In this document: positions 50,964-64,000 of the stretch, one piece after another
Position numbering within the stretch: position 1 is the first letter of the stretch
How the letters are laid out: each line of letters begins with the position of its first letter
Origin: Octopus sinensis
Lineage: Eukaryota
NCBI RefSeq assembly: GCF_006345805.1
Contig: NC_043023.1
Coordinates: 15,376,001-15,440,000 of the forward strand
Reading direction: 5' to 3'
DNA length: 64,000 bases
Notes under the pieces: generated by a model
The model's database searches: none
What the model was told of the DNA's origin: nothing
The model's input: only the letters and a program-made list of their open reading frames with translations
Translations under genes and position numbers: made by a program

Positions 50964-52300
50964 ATGAATCCACCGGAGATGACAAGAGAAAGAGAAAAAT
51001 TATCAGACCAATGTGATATCTGTAAAAAGACTTTTTCTAATACAGCAAATCTCACTGTTCACAAGTGTATCGATCCAAGTGGAAAGCAATATCGCTGTGA
51101 TATCTGTGGTAAATCATTCTCTAAGAAAGAGCATCTTACTCATCACAAATATATTCATACAGGAGAGAAACCATATCAATGTGGTATTTGTGGTAAATCA
51201 TTCTCTCATAGGAGTAGCCTTACTTGTCACAACTCAGTTCATACAGGAGAGAAACCGTATCACTGTGACATCTGTGGTAAATCGTTCTCCCAAAAAAGTC
51301 ACCTTAAAACTCACAATTACATTCATACGGGAGAGAAACCATATCAATACGAGATCTGTGATAAATCCTTTTCACTAAGGAGTGATTTAACTAAACACAA
51401 ACTTTCACATACTCATGAAAAGCCATATCACTGCGAAATTTGTGGTAAATCATTCTCTCGAAAATATAACCTTGATTCTCACAAATACATTCACACAGGA
51501 GAGAAACCACATCAGAGTGATATTTGTGGTAAATCATTCTCTCAAAAAGGTTGCCTGACTTCTCACAAATACATTCATACAGGAGAGAAACGATATCACT
51601 GAGATATATGTAATAAATCCTTTTCAATAAGAAGTTCTTTAACTAAACACAAACTTATTCATGCTCATGAGAAGCCATATCATTGTGATATCTGTGATAA
51701 ATCATTCTCGCGTAAAAGTAATTTTAATAGACACAAATACATTCATACAGGAGAGAAACCACATCACTGTGATATCTGTGGTAAATCATTCTCTCATAAC
51801 AGTAACCTTACTAAACACAAATTCATTCATACAAGAGAGAAACCACATCACTGTGATATCTGTGGTAAATCATTCTCTCATAACAGTAACCTTACTAAAC
51901 ACAAATACATTCATACAGGAGAGGAACCATATCACTGTGATATTTGTGATAAATCCTTTCATTAAAAAGTCATTTAATTACTCACAAACTTACACATACA
52001 GGTGAGAAGCCACATCACTGCGATATTTGTGGTAAAACATTCCCTCATAAGAATAGCCTTACTTATCACAAATCAATTCATACAGGAGAGAAACCATATC
52101 ACTGCAATATCTGTGGTAAATCCTTTGTAGTGAGAAGTAATTTAACTGCTCATGAACTTACTTACACTAATGAAAGGCCATATCAATGTGATATCTGTGG
52201 TAAATCATTCTCTGGAAAAAGTACCCTTAATAGACACAAATACATTCATACAGGAGAGAAACCATATCAGTGTGATATCTGTAGTAAATCATTCTCTTAG
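50964..52300 (+). pseudogene. C2H2 zinc-finger locus H, truncated paralog of E
   Basis: ATG MNPPEM 50964. Cys lost in fingers 5 (YEIC) and 7 (SDIC). TGT>TGA stop at 51600-51602 and a 1-bp deletion at ~51960. Finger repeats continue to ~52300. Confidence 0.9.
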
Positions 52301-52799
52301 GATTATGCTGTTTAACTAATTTTAAATGCATTCATACAGGAGAGAAGACATATTGCTGTGTTATCTGTGCAAAATCATTCTCTTAACGTAATTTAACTAA
52401 ACCTGATTTATTCATATTGATCAATAACAATGCCAGTGATAAAATGGGGAATGAAATACAGCAATTGTATTACTTTTTTTGAGACAAATAAATTTTTTAC
52501 ATTTTCCTCATTTGCATCAACTCATTAATTATGATGTGTGTGGTTTTCATTCAAACAATTTTAATTACATTAATTTGCTGTTTTCTTGTGGATATATTAT
52601 TCCGACACCATTGTATCACATTCCAGTTCCCAACGATGATCAGTTGTTCTCTGCTGGACATGCTTAGGCTATCCCACGATCTGCAGCCTATAATCTAATG
52701 AACAATATGTGTCCATAGCTTCTACTGGGTACACTACATGGAGTTTCTCCTGACATCTTTTCTACATGCCTAAAAGGGCCATCTCTGTCTTTGGTCTTT

Positions 52800-53610
52800 G
52801 CTAAATTTACTGAATGGTTTTTCAATCCAGATGTTGCTTCCATACCTGAAATTTGTTCTCTAATTTTGGTAGGGATTCAGCAATAAGAAGGTCATCAGCT
52901 TGGAAGAGATCCCAAGGGCAGCCAATCTTAAATTCCTCTGTTATTGCTTGCAGGACTATGATAAACAAGAGTGGGGTGAAAAACGATCCTTGGTGGACTC
53001 CTATTTTGACACTAAAATTCATGCTATACTCATTGGTGACATTTACCTTACTGACAGCATCCCTATACATGGCTTTTGCATGTCTCACCAACCACTCATC
53101 TCTCCCTAAACGACGATGCTGTGGTGATCTCATTCTTGCTCACAACATCATAAGCAGAAAGTGTAACCTCTCGAAAGATCTGTTCTTCACTCCTGCTCCA
53201 GAGCGTCGGCTGCAGGGTCACTCTGAAAAGCTCTATCTGTGACAATTTCATCTCAATCGATGGAGAATGGCTTTCTCAGTCCGGGTTGCGGATCCGTGGA
53301 AAAAGCTGCCGGATAAGATAGTGAAGATGCCAACGACCACTCGGTTCAAAGTCCCTCTTGACCAGAAATGGCCTGAACACTTTGTATGACTACCCTCCCT
53401 GTACATAATTCCATATCCCCCTACATGGCCTTGCTTTTTGCTTTTTGAGCCAAAAAATTAACTTAACTTAGCTTCTCTATTGCTCCCCAAATAATAGAGT
53501 AGGGGACTCTGTCAAAAGCTTTCTCCATGTCAACAAAATCCAAATGCAAAGATATATCTTTGACCAAGTACTTCTGCTTTTGCCTCACCAGGAAGATAGC
53601 ATTGCTGGTG
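52800..53610 (-). mobile_element. RTE RT fragment (paralog of 28960-30200) interrupted by a CR1-like piece at 53108-53470 (+)
   Basis: ORF 52822-53133 (-). Insert reads RRCCGDLILAHNII...LQGHSEKL and ends in an AACTT repeat tail. Confidence 0.8.
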
Positions 53611-56583
53611 CTTCTAGTTGATACAATTCTACACCTTGATCCATGGAACTTACATTGATATATGAGGAGACCTATTGAGTCAAGTACATCAACAACAAAA
53701 AATCAAATGGAAATTGTAGTTGTGATACCTGTGCCGGTGGCAAGTAAAAAGCACCATCCGAACATGGCTGATGCCAGCACCACCTTGACTGGCTTCCATG
53801 CCGGTGAAAAGCACCAACCGATCATAGCCGTTGCCAGCCTTGCCTGGCACCTGTGCTGGTGGCATGTAAAATGCACCCACTACACTCACGGAGTGGTTGG
53901 CATTAGGAAGGAATTTCAGATTGGCTGCCCTTGGGATCTCTTCCAAACTGATGACCTTGTTCTTATTGCTGAATCCCTACCACAATTAGAGAACAAATTT
54001 CAGGTATGGAAGCAAGATCTGGATTGAAAAACCATACAGTAAATTTAGCAAAGACCAAAGACAGATCCTGTCAAGGAGATGGCCCTGCTCGGCATGGAGA
54101 AAAGGGCATCCAGCTGTAGAAACACTGCCAGATCAGACTGGAGCCTGGTGCAGCCATCTGGCTTCCCAGAGACCCGGTCAAACCGTCCAACCCATGCCAT
54201 CGAGGAAAGCAGACATTAAGCGATGACGATGATGCAGAAACGTTAGCAGGCCGGGCGAAATGCTTAGCGGTATTTCGTCTGTCGTTGCGTTCTCAGTTCA
54301 AATTCCGCCAAGGTCGACTTTGCCTGTCATCCTTTTGGGGTCGATAAATAAAGTACCAGTTTCGCACTGGGGTCGATGTAATCGACTTAATCCCTTTGTC
54401 TGTCCCCTCTATGTTTAGCCCCTTGTGGGCAGCAAAGAATTAGATGATGATAATGATATAATTAACGGAAGATACAAGAATATTTATTGATCACTATAAT
54501 TGCTTCAACACATCTTGCTTCGATCCTTTATGAGTGGAATATTGAAGAGTTGCTTTATGGGTAGCCAACAGTGTAGATGTGTCTTTTCAGGTGATTACAA
54601 GATATATTTCATTAAAATAACGTCTTTTCTTCAAAATTTCTTCTTGTTATGCGTTTGTTTTATAATTTATTGATATTATTTGATTTACAAAACACAAGGT
54701 ATTAAATGTTAAGATGGCCATTTGCACCATCCGATCATGGACGTTTGCCAGCCTCACCTAGCACCTGTGCCGGTGGCATGTAAAAAGCACCAACCGATCG
54801 TGGCTGCTGCCAGCCTCCCCTGGTACCTGTGCCGGTGGCACGTAAAGAGCATGCACTACACTCACGGAGTGGTTGGCGTTAGGAAGGGCATCCTGCCATA
54901 GAGACACTGCCAGATCAGACTGGGCCTGGTGCAGCCTTCTGGCTTCCCAGACCCCAGTCGAACCATCCAACCCATGCTAGCATGGAAAACGGACACTGAA
55001 CGATGATTATGCTGTGAATGTGAGATAATGAGTTGGCACAAAAGAACTACCATTTGAGACTTATCGATGCCAGTGCTATCTGGCTGCGCCCCCTTCCGTG
55101 CCAGTCACACTTGAAAAACACCCACTACACTCTTGTTGTTAAGCAACAAGACAGGTAAGGGAAATAAAAAATCTGTGGTCGTCTTGTTGCAGTCGAGGGC
55201 GCTTTCCATTGACGCACGACACCACTGGGAGGTGGCCCTTGAAGTCGCTGGAAATGGAGATCTCCAGGTCCAAATTCTTGGACGGCCCCGCTACACTCTC
55301 GGAGTGGTTGGCATTAGGAAGGGCACCCAGCTGTAGAAACTCTGCCAGATCAGATTGGAATCTGGTGCAGCCATCTGGCTCACCAGCCCTCAGTCAAAAT
55401 CGTCCAACCCATGCCAGTATGGAAAGTCGATGTTAAATGATGATGAACCATTTACATTTTTACAATAGATATTTATAGGGAAGTCCCATATTGAATAATT
55501 CTAACCAATTGCATTGTAAACCACAGCAATTTTAGAACAGGACAACATTGCATAGTGCCAAAGATCCCGGCAATGACATCATGCTTCAGGACCAGCTTCT
55601 GCAACAGCCTGGGTTTCAAGGGCCCACAGCTTTTTAATATTCTCCCAAAGAGTCTGAGGAACTTGCACAAAGTAGATGTAGTGATTTTTAAATCAAAGCT
55701 GGACATCTTCCTGTCGAGAGTCCCAGATGAACCTACCTCACGGCAAGAGGTGCAAATCAGAGTAGCTATATCAAACTCCATTCTTCACCAAGTGCCACAC
55801 ATTAGAGGAAGTTCTTCGTAATAACATTCTAGTACAAAACGGCGGTGCATCAGCATGGCCGCAGCTCTGAGCTGAAACAAGGAAAAAAAAAATTGGTACC
55901 AAACAGATAATCAACATATTTAACAATGAAGACATTGCATGCTTTCACTTGAAATGTGACTTATCCCCACATTTCACCTATGAAATTTAATTTGTCACCC
56001 GTCATGCTACAAAGAAATTTTGCTGTTTTTCTCAACATAGGCGCAGGAGTGGCTGTGTGGTAAGTAGCGTGCTTATGAACCATAAGGTTCCGGGTTCAGC
56101 CCCATTGCATGGCATCTTGGTCAAGTGTCTTCTACTATAGCCTTGGCTTGACCAAAGCCTTGTGAGTGGATTTGGTAGACGGAAACTGAAAGAAGCCCGT
56201 CGTATATATATATATATGTGCCTGTTTGTGTTTGTCCCCCTAGCATTGCTTGACAACCGATGCTGGTGTGTTTATGTCCCCGTCACTTAGTGGTTTGGCA
56301 AAAGAGACCGATATCATAAGTACTGGGCTTACAAAAGAATAAGTCCTGGGGTTGATTTGCTCGATTAAAGGCAGTGCTCCAGTCAAATGACTGAAACAAG
56401 TAAAAGAGTATAGGCATAGGAGTGGCTGTGTGGTAAGTTTCTTGATTCTGAACCATAAGGTTCCGGGTTCAGTCCCACTACGTGGCACCTTGAGCAAGTG
56501 TTTTCTACTATAGCCTCGGGCAGACTGAAACCTTGTAAGTGGATTTGGTAGACAAAAACTGAAAGAAGCCCATCATATATATG

Positions 56584-56620
<37 letters not shown>

Positions 56621-56824
56621 AAGTTTGTATGTCTATGTTTCTCCCCCCAACATCGCTTGACAATTGAAGCTGGTGCGTTTATGTCCCTGTAACTTAGCGG
56701 TTCGGCAAAAGTGACTGATAGAATAAGTACTGGGCTTACAAAGAATAAGTCCTGGTGTTTATTTGCTCGACTAAAGGCGGTGCTCCACCATGGCCACTGT
56801 CAAATGACTGAAACATGTAGAAGA

Positions 56825-58248
56825 GATAGGTTTCCCTATTTTCTTCCATATACAGTCAACTCTTGCTACTTTGCCACCCTGCGGGACTGAGCCAAAGTGG
56901 CATAGTACCGAGGGTCTGTTATCTAAACACTACATAACCAAAAATTTACTGAACATACGAATAAAAATTCATAGGGTAGGAAGTAAGGCCAATAAGAAGT
57001 TTAATGCAATGGTAAAAAGAAGACATCCATGTTTATTAAGTTCAAATTGCTTTTAGTTAATCCTAAAGCTCTCAAAAATTGTCGGCTGACTCATCTACTT
57101 TTGGCGGTTTTCGTTCATTTCATTGTCTAGCCTATCATACGCCTGCATGACCCTGGGTTCTCTGCTGCATAAACTTTCGGATAGTGCTCCATGCTCTCTG
57201 GGCATCTGCAAAACTGGTATAGTAGGGAGAGTTCACTGTATCCATATTTATTATTGAAATATCACTTCCAATGTCTAACTGAAGTTTAATATGTATTCCA
57301 ATCATTTTTACGTGTACGAATTTTGTTTCTGTTCAGAGCCCTCTAGGATCTTTAATGGTTGATCTTCAGAATTTAGTTCTGCAGTGTGAATTTCTGTATC
57401 TTCAGTTGTTGTAAGGCCTTTTACCAAAAGAAGACACCTGAACATCTCAGGTGTAAATTCTTTGAGTTTAAAAATATTCACACATTCTGTTAATTGTTCC
57501 TGCGTGTGATAAAATCACCATCCTCTTTTTTCATTATGTTCCAAAACACCATCCAAGTGTTAGAGAAGTTTTATCACCGAATATGTTAGACAGTAATTCC
57601 ATTGTTTCTTTAAAACAAATTTCATTGAGTTTTTTTGGGTAATGTGAAATTAAAATAATATTCATACTCAGATGGGGCTCATTTATGTCATAATAACCTT
57701 ACTTTTTCTGTGTCTGACCATGTCTTACAATCTTCCTTAAAAATTACCTGCTGTAGTACAATGCAACAGTTATACCGTCCTCTGGGTTATAACTGGATTC
57801 ATCGAGTCCAAAACGGCGTCTGGCAAAAATGTACTTCCCTTATCTTTGAACTTCTTTGAATAAAGCTCCAATAATTGTTGTTGTTGCTGCCTTTGTCGTT
57901 GATTTTGCAACAGTTTTAAAGAAGCTAATTAGTCTTCCATGATTTAACAATTTTGTATCACAAAAATTTGTTAACTGACCTGCAAGAGCTTCGAAACCCT
58001 CATCGCCAGATGTTGTAACATAATTGTTCCGTACAATAAATAAGATAACCAGAAAGTTGTAACAACAATCTAATGAACAAACATATCTTTTACGAACCAA
58101 CATTCAATATTACTTAGGAAATAAACCAAGCGACACCTTCCGACTTCACTTGACTCTGAACTGCAAACCCACTCAGATCGTTACTATTTATACTTTACTC
58201 GGACCAGTCTATCTCTCACAAGGGGACATGGTAACTCTCATCACAACA
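56825..58248 (-). mobile_element. Ty3/Gypsy relic: LTR 58011-58248, gag, protease interrupted by an insertion
   Basis: Reverse-complement paralog of 25363-26425. Confidence 0.8.
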
Positions 58249-59198
58249 GGTGCCATTCTAACCAGATGCCCATCATAAATCCCTGCTTGGTATCCGGTAA
58301 GAACAAGACCATGAAAACCTGCTCTACAGAATGATTTAGCAAAAAATAAGTATGATGATAATCACTTGCATGGGTTGAGCGGGGATGTGCTTGAACCATA
58401 GGTAGAGTGGGGCATTAGGCTCTTGAAAAATATTTCCCACTCTACACCCAAAACTGTGACAAACAGCAATAAGCCTCCAGCTAGTGCCAGAATATGTGGG
58501 CAGTAGCACAAAGGGTGCAGATCCTGGGATCCCTGAGTGTGTCCAGCAGAGGATAACTGATCATGGCTGGGAACTGGAGTGTAATACATTTGTGTCAAAA
58601 TAATATATCCACAAGAAAACAGAGCAAATTAATATAATCAATATTGTTTGAATAAAAAACACAAATCGTAATTAGTGAGTTGATGCAAATGAGGAAAGTG
58701 TGAAAAATGAATTTATTTTGTAAAAAGTAATACATTTGCTGTATTTTATTCAGCAGGACATCTGTTTTATCATTGATATTGTTATTGATTAATATGAATA
58801 AGTATATGTTTAGTTAAGGTAGATTATTGAGAGAATGACTTAGCACAGATTACACAGTCATAAGAATCTTCTCCTGTATGAATATGTTTGTGTTTAGTTT
58901 ATTATTTCTCTCTATGAAAGAATGACTTGTCACAGATGTCACAGTGATATGATTTCTCTCCTGTATGAATGTATTTGTGATGAGTTCAATATTGTTCCAC
59001 AGAGAATGATTTACCTCAGGTATCACAGCAATAGAGTTTCTCTCCTGTATGAATACGTTTATAAGTATATACAGCATATTCACAATAGAATGATTTGCTG
59101 CAGACATCACAGTCACATAGTTTCTCTCTAGTGTGAGCAGACTTGTAATTAATTAAACATTTTCTTAAACAGAATGATTTACTGCAGATACTACAGTG

Positions 59199-61836
59199 CT
59201 ATGGTTTTTCCCCTGTATTAATGCATTTGTGTCCATTTAAGTACCTCTTTTGAGAGAATGATTTACCACAGATATGGATTCTCGTGTGTATGAACGTGTT
59301 TGTGATCAGTTAAATATTTTTTTAAACAGAATGACTTATCACAGATATCGCAAGAATATGGTCTCTCTGCAGTGTGAATGTATCTATGAGAGGTTAAACT
59401 GCTTCTAGAAGAAAATGATTTACACAGATATATCACAGGGATATGGATTGTCTCCTGTATGTGTGTATTTGTGATAAGCAAGGCGACTTTTTTCAGAGAA
59501 TGCTACACCACAGATATCACAGTGATATGGTTTCTCTCCTTTATGAACTGATTTGTGATAAGTAAGGCCACTCCTATGAGAGAATGATTTTCCACATATA
59601 TTGCAGTGATATGGTTTCTCTCCAGTATGAATAGGTATATGAGAAGTGAGGCTGCATTTCTGAGTGAATGATTTACCGCAAATATCACAGGGATATGGCC
59701 TCACATTAGTATGAATGAGTTTGTGAGTAGTTAAATAACTTTTTAATGAAAAGGATTTATCACAGATATCACACTGATATGGTTTCTCACCTGTATGAAC
59801 TGATTTGTGATTAGTAAGGTGACCTTTTTGAGAGAATGATTTACCACAAATATCACATTTATATGGTTTCTCTCCTGTATGAGTGTATTTGTGATAAGTA
59901 AGGCCTCTCCTTTGAGTGAATGATTTACCACAAATATCACAGGGATATGGCCTCTCATGAGCATGAGTGAGTTCGTGAGTAGTTAAATGATTTTTAATGA
60001 AAAGGATTTATCACAGATATCACACTGATATGGTTTCTCACCTGTATGAACTGATTTGTGATGTGTAAGGTGACCTTTTTGAGAGAATGATTTACCACAA
60101 ATATCACATTTATATGGTTTCTCTCCTGTATGAGTGTATTTGTGATAAGTAAGGCCTGTCCTTTGAGTGAATGATTTACCACAAATATCACAGGGATATG
60201 GCCTCTGATGAGCATGAGTGAGTTCGTGAGTAGTTAAATGACTTTTTGATGAAAAGGATTTATCACAGATATCACACTGATATGGTTTCTCACCTGTATG
60301 AACTGATTTGTGATATGTAAGGTGACCTTTTTGAGAGAATGATTTACCACAAATATCACATTTATATGGTTTCTCTCCTGTATGAGTGTATTTGTGATAA
60401 GTAAGGCCTGCCCTTTGAGTGAATGATTTACCACAAATATCACAGGGATATGGCCTCTCATGAGCATGAGTGAGTTCGTGAGTAGTTAAATAACTTTTTA
60501 ATGAAAAGGATTTATCACAGATATCACACTGATATGGTTTCTCATCTGTATGAACTGATTTGTGAGTAGTAAGGTTACATTTTTGAGAGAATGATTTACC
60601 ACAAATATCGCAGTGATGTGGCTTCTCACGTGTATGTGTAAGTTTGTGAGTAGTTAAATAAGTTTTTGATGAAAAAGATTTACCACAGATATCACACTGA
60701 TATGGTTTCTCACCTGTATGAACTGATTTGTGATAAGTAAGGTGACCTTTTTGAGAGAATGATTTACCACAAATATCACATTTATATGGTTTCTCTCCTG
60801 TATGAGTGTATTTGTGATGAGTGAGGCTACATTTCTGAGTGAATGATTTACCACAAATATCACATTTATATGGTTTCTCTCCTGTATGAGTGTATTTGTG
60901 ATAAGTAAGGCCTGCCCTTTGAGTGAATGATTTACCACAAATATCACAGGGATATGGCCTCTCATGAGCATGAGTGAGTTCGTGAGTAGTTAAATAACTT
61001 TTTAATGAAAAGGATTTATCACAGATATCACACTGATATGGTTTCTCATCTGTATGAACTGATTTGTGAGTAGTAAGGTTACATTTTTGAGAGAATGATT
61101 TACCACAAATATCGCAGTGATGTGGCTTCTCACGTGTATGTGTAAGTTTGTGAGTAGTTAAATGAGTTTTTGATGAAAAAGATTTACCACAGATATCACA
61201 CTGATATGGTTTCTCACCTGTATGAACTGATTTGTGATAAGTAAGGTGACCTTTTTGAGAGAATGATTTACCACAAATATCACATTTATATGGTTTCTCT
61301 CCTGTATGAGTGTATTTGTGATGAGTGAGGCTACATTTCTGAGTGAATGATTTACCACAAATATCACATCGATATGGTTTCTCTCCTGTATGAATGGATT
61401 TGTGAGTAGTTAAATAACTTTTTAAAGAAAAGGATTTATCACAGATATCACACTGATACGGTTTCTCACCTGTATGAATGTATTTGTGAGAATCAAGGGA
61501 ACTTCTATGAGAGAATGATTTACCGTAAATACGACATTGATATGGTTTCTCTCCTGTATGAATGGATTTGTGTTTAGTAAGGTTATATTTTTTAGAGAAT
61601 GATTTACCACAGATATCACAGTGACGTGGTTTCTCTCCAGTATGAGTGTATTTGTGATGAGTAAGGTAACTTTTTTGAGAGAATGATTTATCACAAATAT
61701 CACAGTAATATTTCTTTCCACCTGGATCAATACATTTGTGAACAGTGAGATTTCCCTTATTAGAAAATGTCTTTTTACAGATATCACATTGGTCTGATAA
61801 CTTTTCTCTTTCTTTTAACATTTCCAGACCATTCAT
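59199..61836 (-). CDS. C2H2 zinc-finger locus I (31 finger units; 617-aa ORF covers the first 21, later frameshifts)
   Basis: ATG MNGLEM 61836, ORF to 59983. A 1-bp deletion at ~59990, a net +1 shift at ~59430 and an 11-bp deletion at ~59275. The family stop TAG is at 59199-59201. Confidence 0.92.
59778..60532 (-). repeat. 252-bp (3-finger) tandem repeat x3 inside I
   Basis: Units start at 59778, 60029 and 60281. Confidence 0.95.
60336..61368 (-). repeat. 504-bp (6-finger) tandem duplication inside I
   Basis: Fingers 6-11 match fingers 12-17; offset exactly 504. Confidence 0.95.
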
Positions 61837-62309
61837 TATTGTTCTGTAGTATACAGACAGAAAATATATTTCCCCCTTCTTCTTTATATATATCTTCTAC
61901 AGCAAATCTGATCTTGAATATCTGAAAATGATACAAACACCTTTCCAGATTTTCTCACGTTCAAACACAATGCAAAATACTTTTGTAAATATTCCTGGCA
62001 ATGAGGAAAACAATTGTTGCTATCAATTCAGAAGAAATATTTCACCGTTATTCACCATAGATATATTATATAAACAGAGTTATTATCTATTATTTATAAC
62101 GGCTGACATTCGTTTTTAAAACATGATCAATATTCATGATGTATCTCACGTAAAACTCCTTTATACGAGTATCTGAAATGACACAGAAACAGTAGAAGAT
62201 ATAGGAAAGACTTAAAAAGCAAAGGTTTAACAATAAAAATTATAACTACATTTTCATAATGATAAACTGTGGATATAAACTTTTACCCGAATAAATTACA
62301 CTTTAAAAT

Positions 62310-63342
62310 GATACTCATGACACAAGACATTACTTTCGTCTATAATGACCTGAGTCATAAATCTAATACTTTCTCTAGTTTAGTTTCAATGCACCCAAAC
62401 AAACAAAAGGAAAAGCAGTGTAAATAACGGACAGAGTCAAAACTATTGAAAAGGTTGCAAGACGCAATGAAAATTTTAGGAAAAAAGGAAATAAGTAAGA
62501 AATAACTGCAAAATTTTACCGATGAGTGTGCTAAATTATAAGGCATCAACCACAGTGAAAATTTTGTTGATCCAACAAATGCATTGGTGCACATACAGAC
62601 GATAGAGAGATTGTGGGGGTCAGTTAAGAGATCAGTTGTTCGCCCAGGCATTCGTGCCTGTTACTTAAAGCAATACCTCTCCAAGTTCCTATTTATGGAA
62701 AGCATCAAACCTGCTGCCAAGAAAATACACGTATTCTTATTGGCAGCAGCAAGTCTTTATCTTGATAATTTTTTCCTCCAACTCATCTCATTTCTTTATC
62801 ATCAATGTCGATGGACCACTCAAAGAGGTATGTATACATTATCATTTTCGTAACATAATTTCTGTAGTATTTCAAGATGTTTCTGACACGTATTTTGATT
62901 CATATAGCGAAGATCTGACATTTCTTCACTTGTTCCACTTTTTTTTTTTTTTTTGCGAAATATGTACAAAAATACGGAGTTTATGATTCATGTGTGAGTG
63001 TGTGTTCTTGATACTCGTTTAGAACAAGTAGTTTTACACCAATTACACTATTTTTTCTTAGTTTAAAGGCCGTGGACTGAAGATGTGAAATTTCCGAAGC
63101 CTCTCCCCCACCCCCCTTTCGCGAGCGCGCATTTTTTTTTTATCATATTCGTTTAGAGCAATTTGTTTTACACCTATTACGCTATTTTTGTTTTTGTGCC
63201 CGGGTCAGACGGTTTCGGAAATTCCCGATGTAAATTTCCGAGGCCTCTCCCCCACCCCTCTTTCGCGAGTGCGCATTTTTTTTGTCATATTCGTTCATAT
63301 TTTTTTTAGTTTCTTTGAATGGTGTAACGCTTTAGTTTAACA
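62310..63342 (+). mobile_element. Merlin relic, paralog of 3030-4245
   Basis: ORF 62584-62853 (VHIQTIERLWGSVKR), same terminal repeat and GTTAATTC flank. Confidence 0.8.
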
Positions 63343-64000
63343 GTTAATTCTATTCGCCAATAAATGTCTTTAATTAAGCCAAGAAACTTTGGATTTTACT
63401 TGGCATGGCCATGAAAAAGCACCGAATTTTTAGCTTTTTTTTTTTTATTACAGTAGATATTCCATTTGCTGACTGTGTCGATTCAAAGCCGTCTATTGAT
63501 TTATCATAGAGGTATTATTTGCTAAACATCTATATTTGCTGTTCCTGTCGAAATAGTCCACGTTAATTATGTCTGATTTTTGCTCCTGTGAATAATCTGC
63601 AATCTAATAAAACAGAAATAGCTGACTGCAACATGAGGCCAGTGGTACCGCGATGATAAAATAAAATACACAAACGTATTCAACACATGTGAATGCAGAA
63701 TTTCTTTAAAAGATTTACATTATTAATAAGGTTACAAAAGGAAAAGTCGTGGTGGGTTGGTGTTTAAATTATAGTTGTGTTTATGTTTGACGTATTCTAA
63801 AAGTCAGGACAGTCGGGAACACAAGCGAATTTCATTAAGAGGTCTGCTCAGTCAGGGGTGACCATGGGCTAAACAACAGTGACTTACCACGTTTCTGAAG
63901 ATAGTAGAATATTATTGTCCACCGTTTTGTAGTTTAACATTTTCCATAATATCTGAAGGTGGAGGGGTTAAACTAAAGCGTTACACCATTCAAAGAAACA

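Larger units (their letters stand above)
57656..64000 (+). repeat. Direct segmental duplication of 1-4969
   Basis: 57661 onward matches position 6 onward; 63961-64000 matches ~4930-4969. The main length difference is the finger array. Confidence 0.95.

Noticed and set aside
59778-61368. Regular repeat-with-variable-segment pattern resembling a CRISPR array
   Set aside because: The units are in-frame 84-bp zinc-finger codons in a eukaryotic context, with no cas genes.

Overview
AT-rich eukaryotic DNA, most likely Octopus (inferred from the SINE/MITE repertoire and the C2H2 expansion). The window is a cluster of nine C2H2 zinc-finger loci with TGEKP linkers and no recognisable effector domain, labelled A-I here: A(-) 1541-2592, B(+) 6487-7456, C(-) 18279-19268, D(+) 23265-24374, E(-) 31346-32566, F(+) 38654-40289, G(+) 45283-46755, H(+) 50964-52300, I(-) 59199-61836. 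Most sit in head-to-head pairs. They derive from a repeated cassette: putative promoter/first-exon module, TE-filled intron, coding exon with an 84-bp finger array, decayed fingers and, in five copies, a co-duplicated Gypsy LTR head. The cassettes are related by nested direct and inverted segmental duplications. Between them lie two Helitron relics, a Merlin transposase relic with related MITEs, a pogo-like MITE, RTE and CR1/L2 LINE fragments and tRNA-derived SINEs. The main signals are: (i) recent higher-order finger duplications whose few differences fall mostly on DNA-contacting codons (PRDM9-like); (ii) promoter/first-exon shuffling between paralogs, including a fold-back capture of D's first exon by C; (iii) TE-mediated rearrangements with readable target-site duplications and paralogous empty sites. 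No rRNA, true tRNA gene or CRISPR array was found. All alignments were done by eye. Gene models are inferred from splice-signal conservation, not from transcripts, and single-base frameshifts may be assembly errors.
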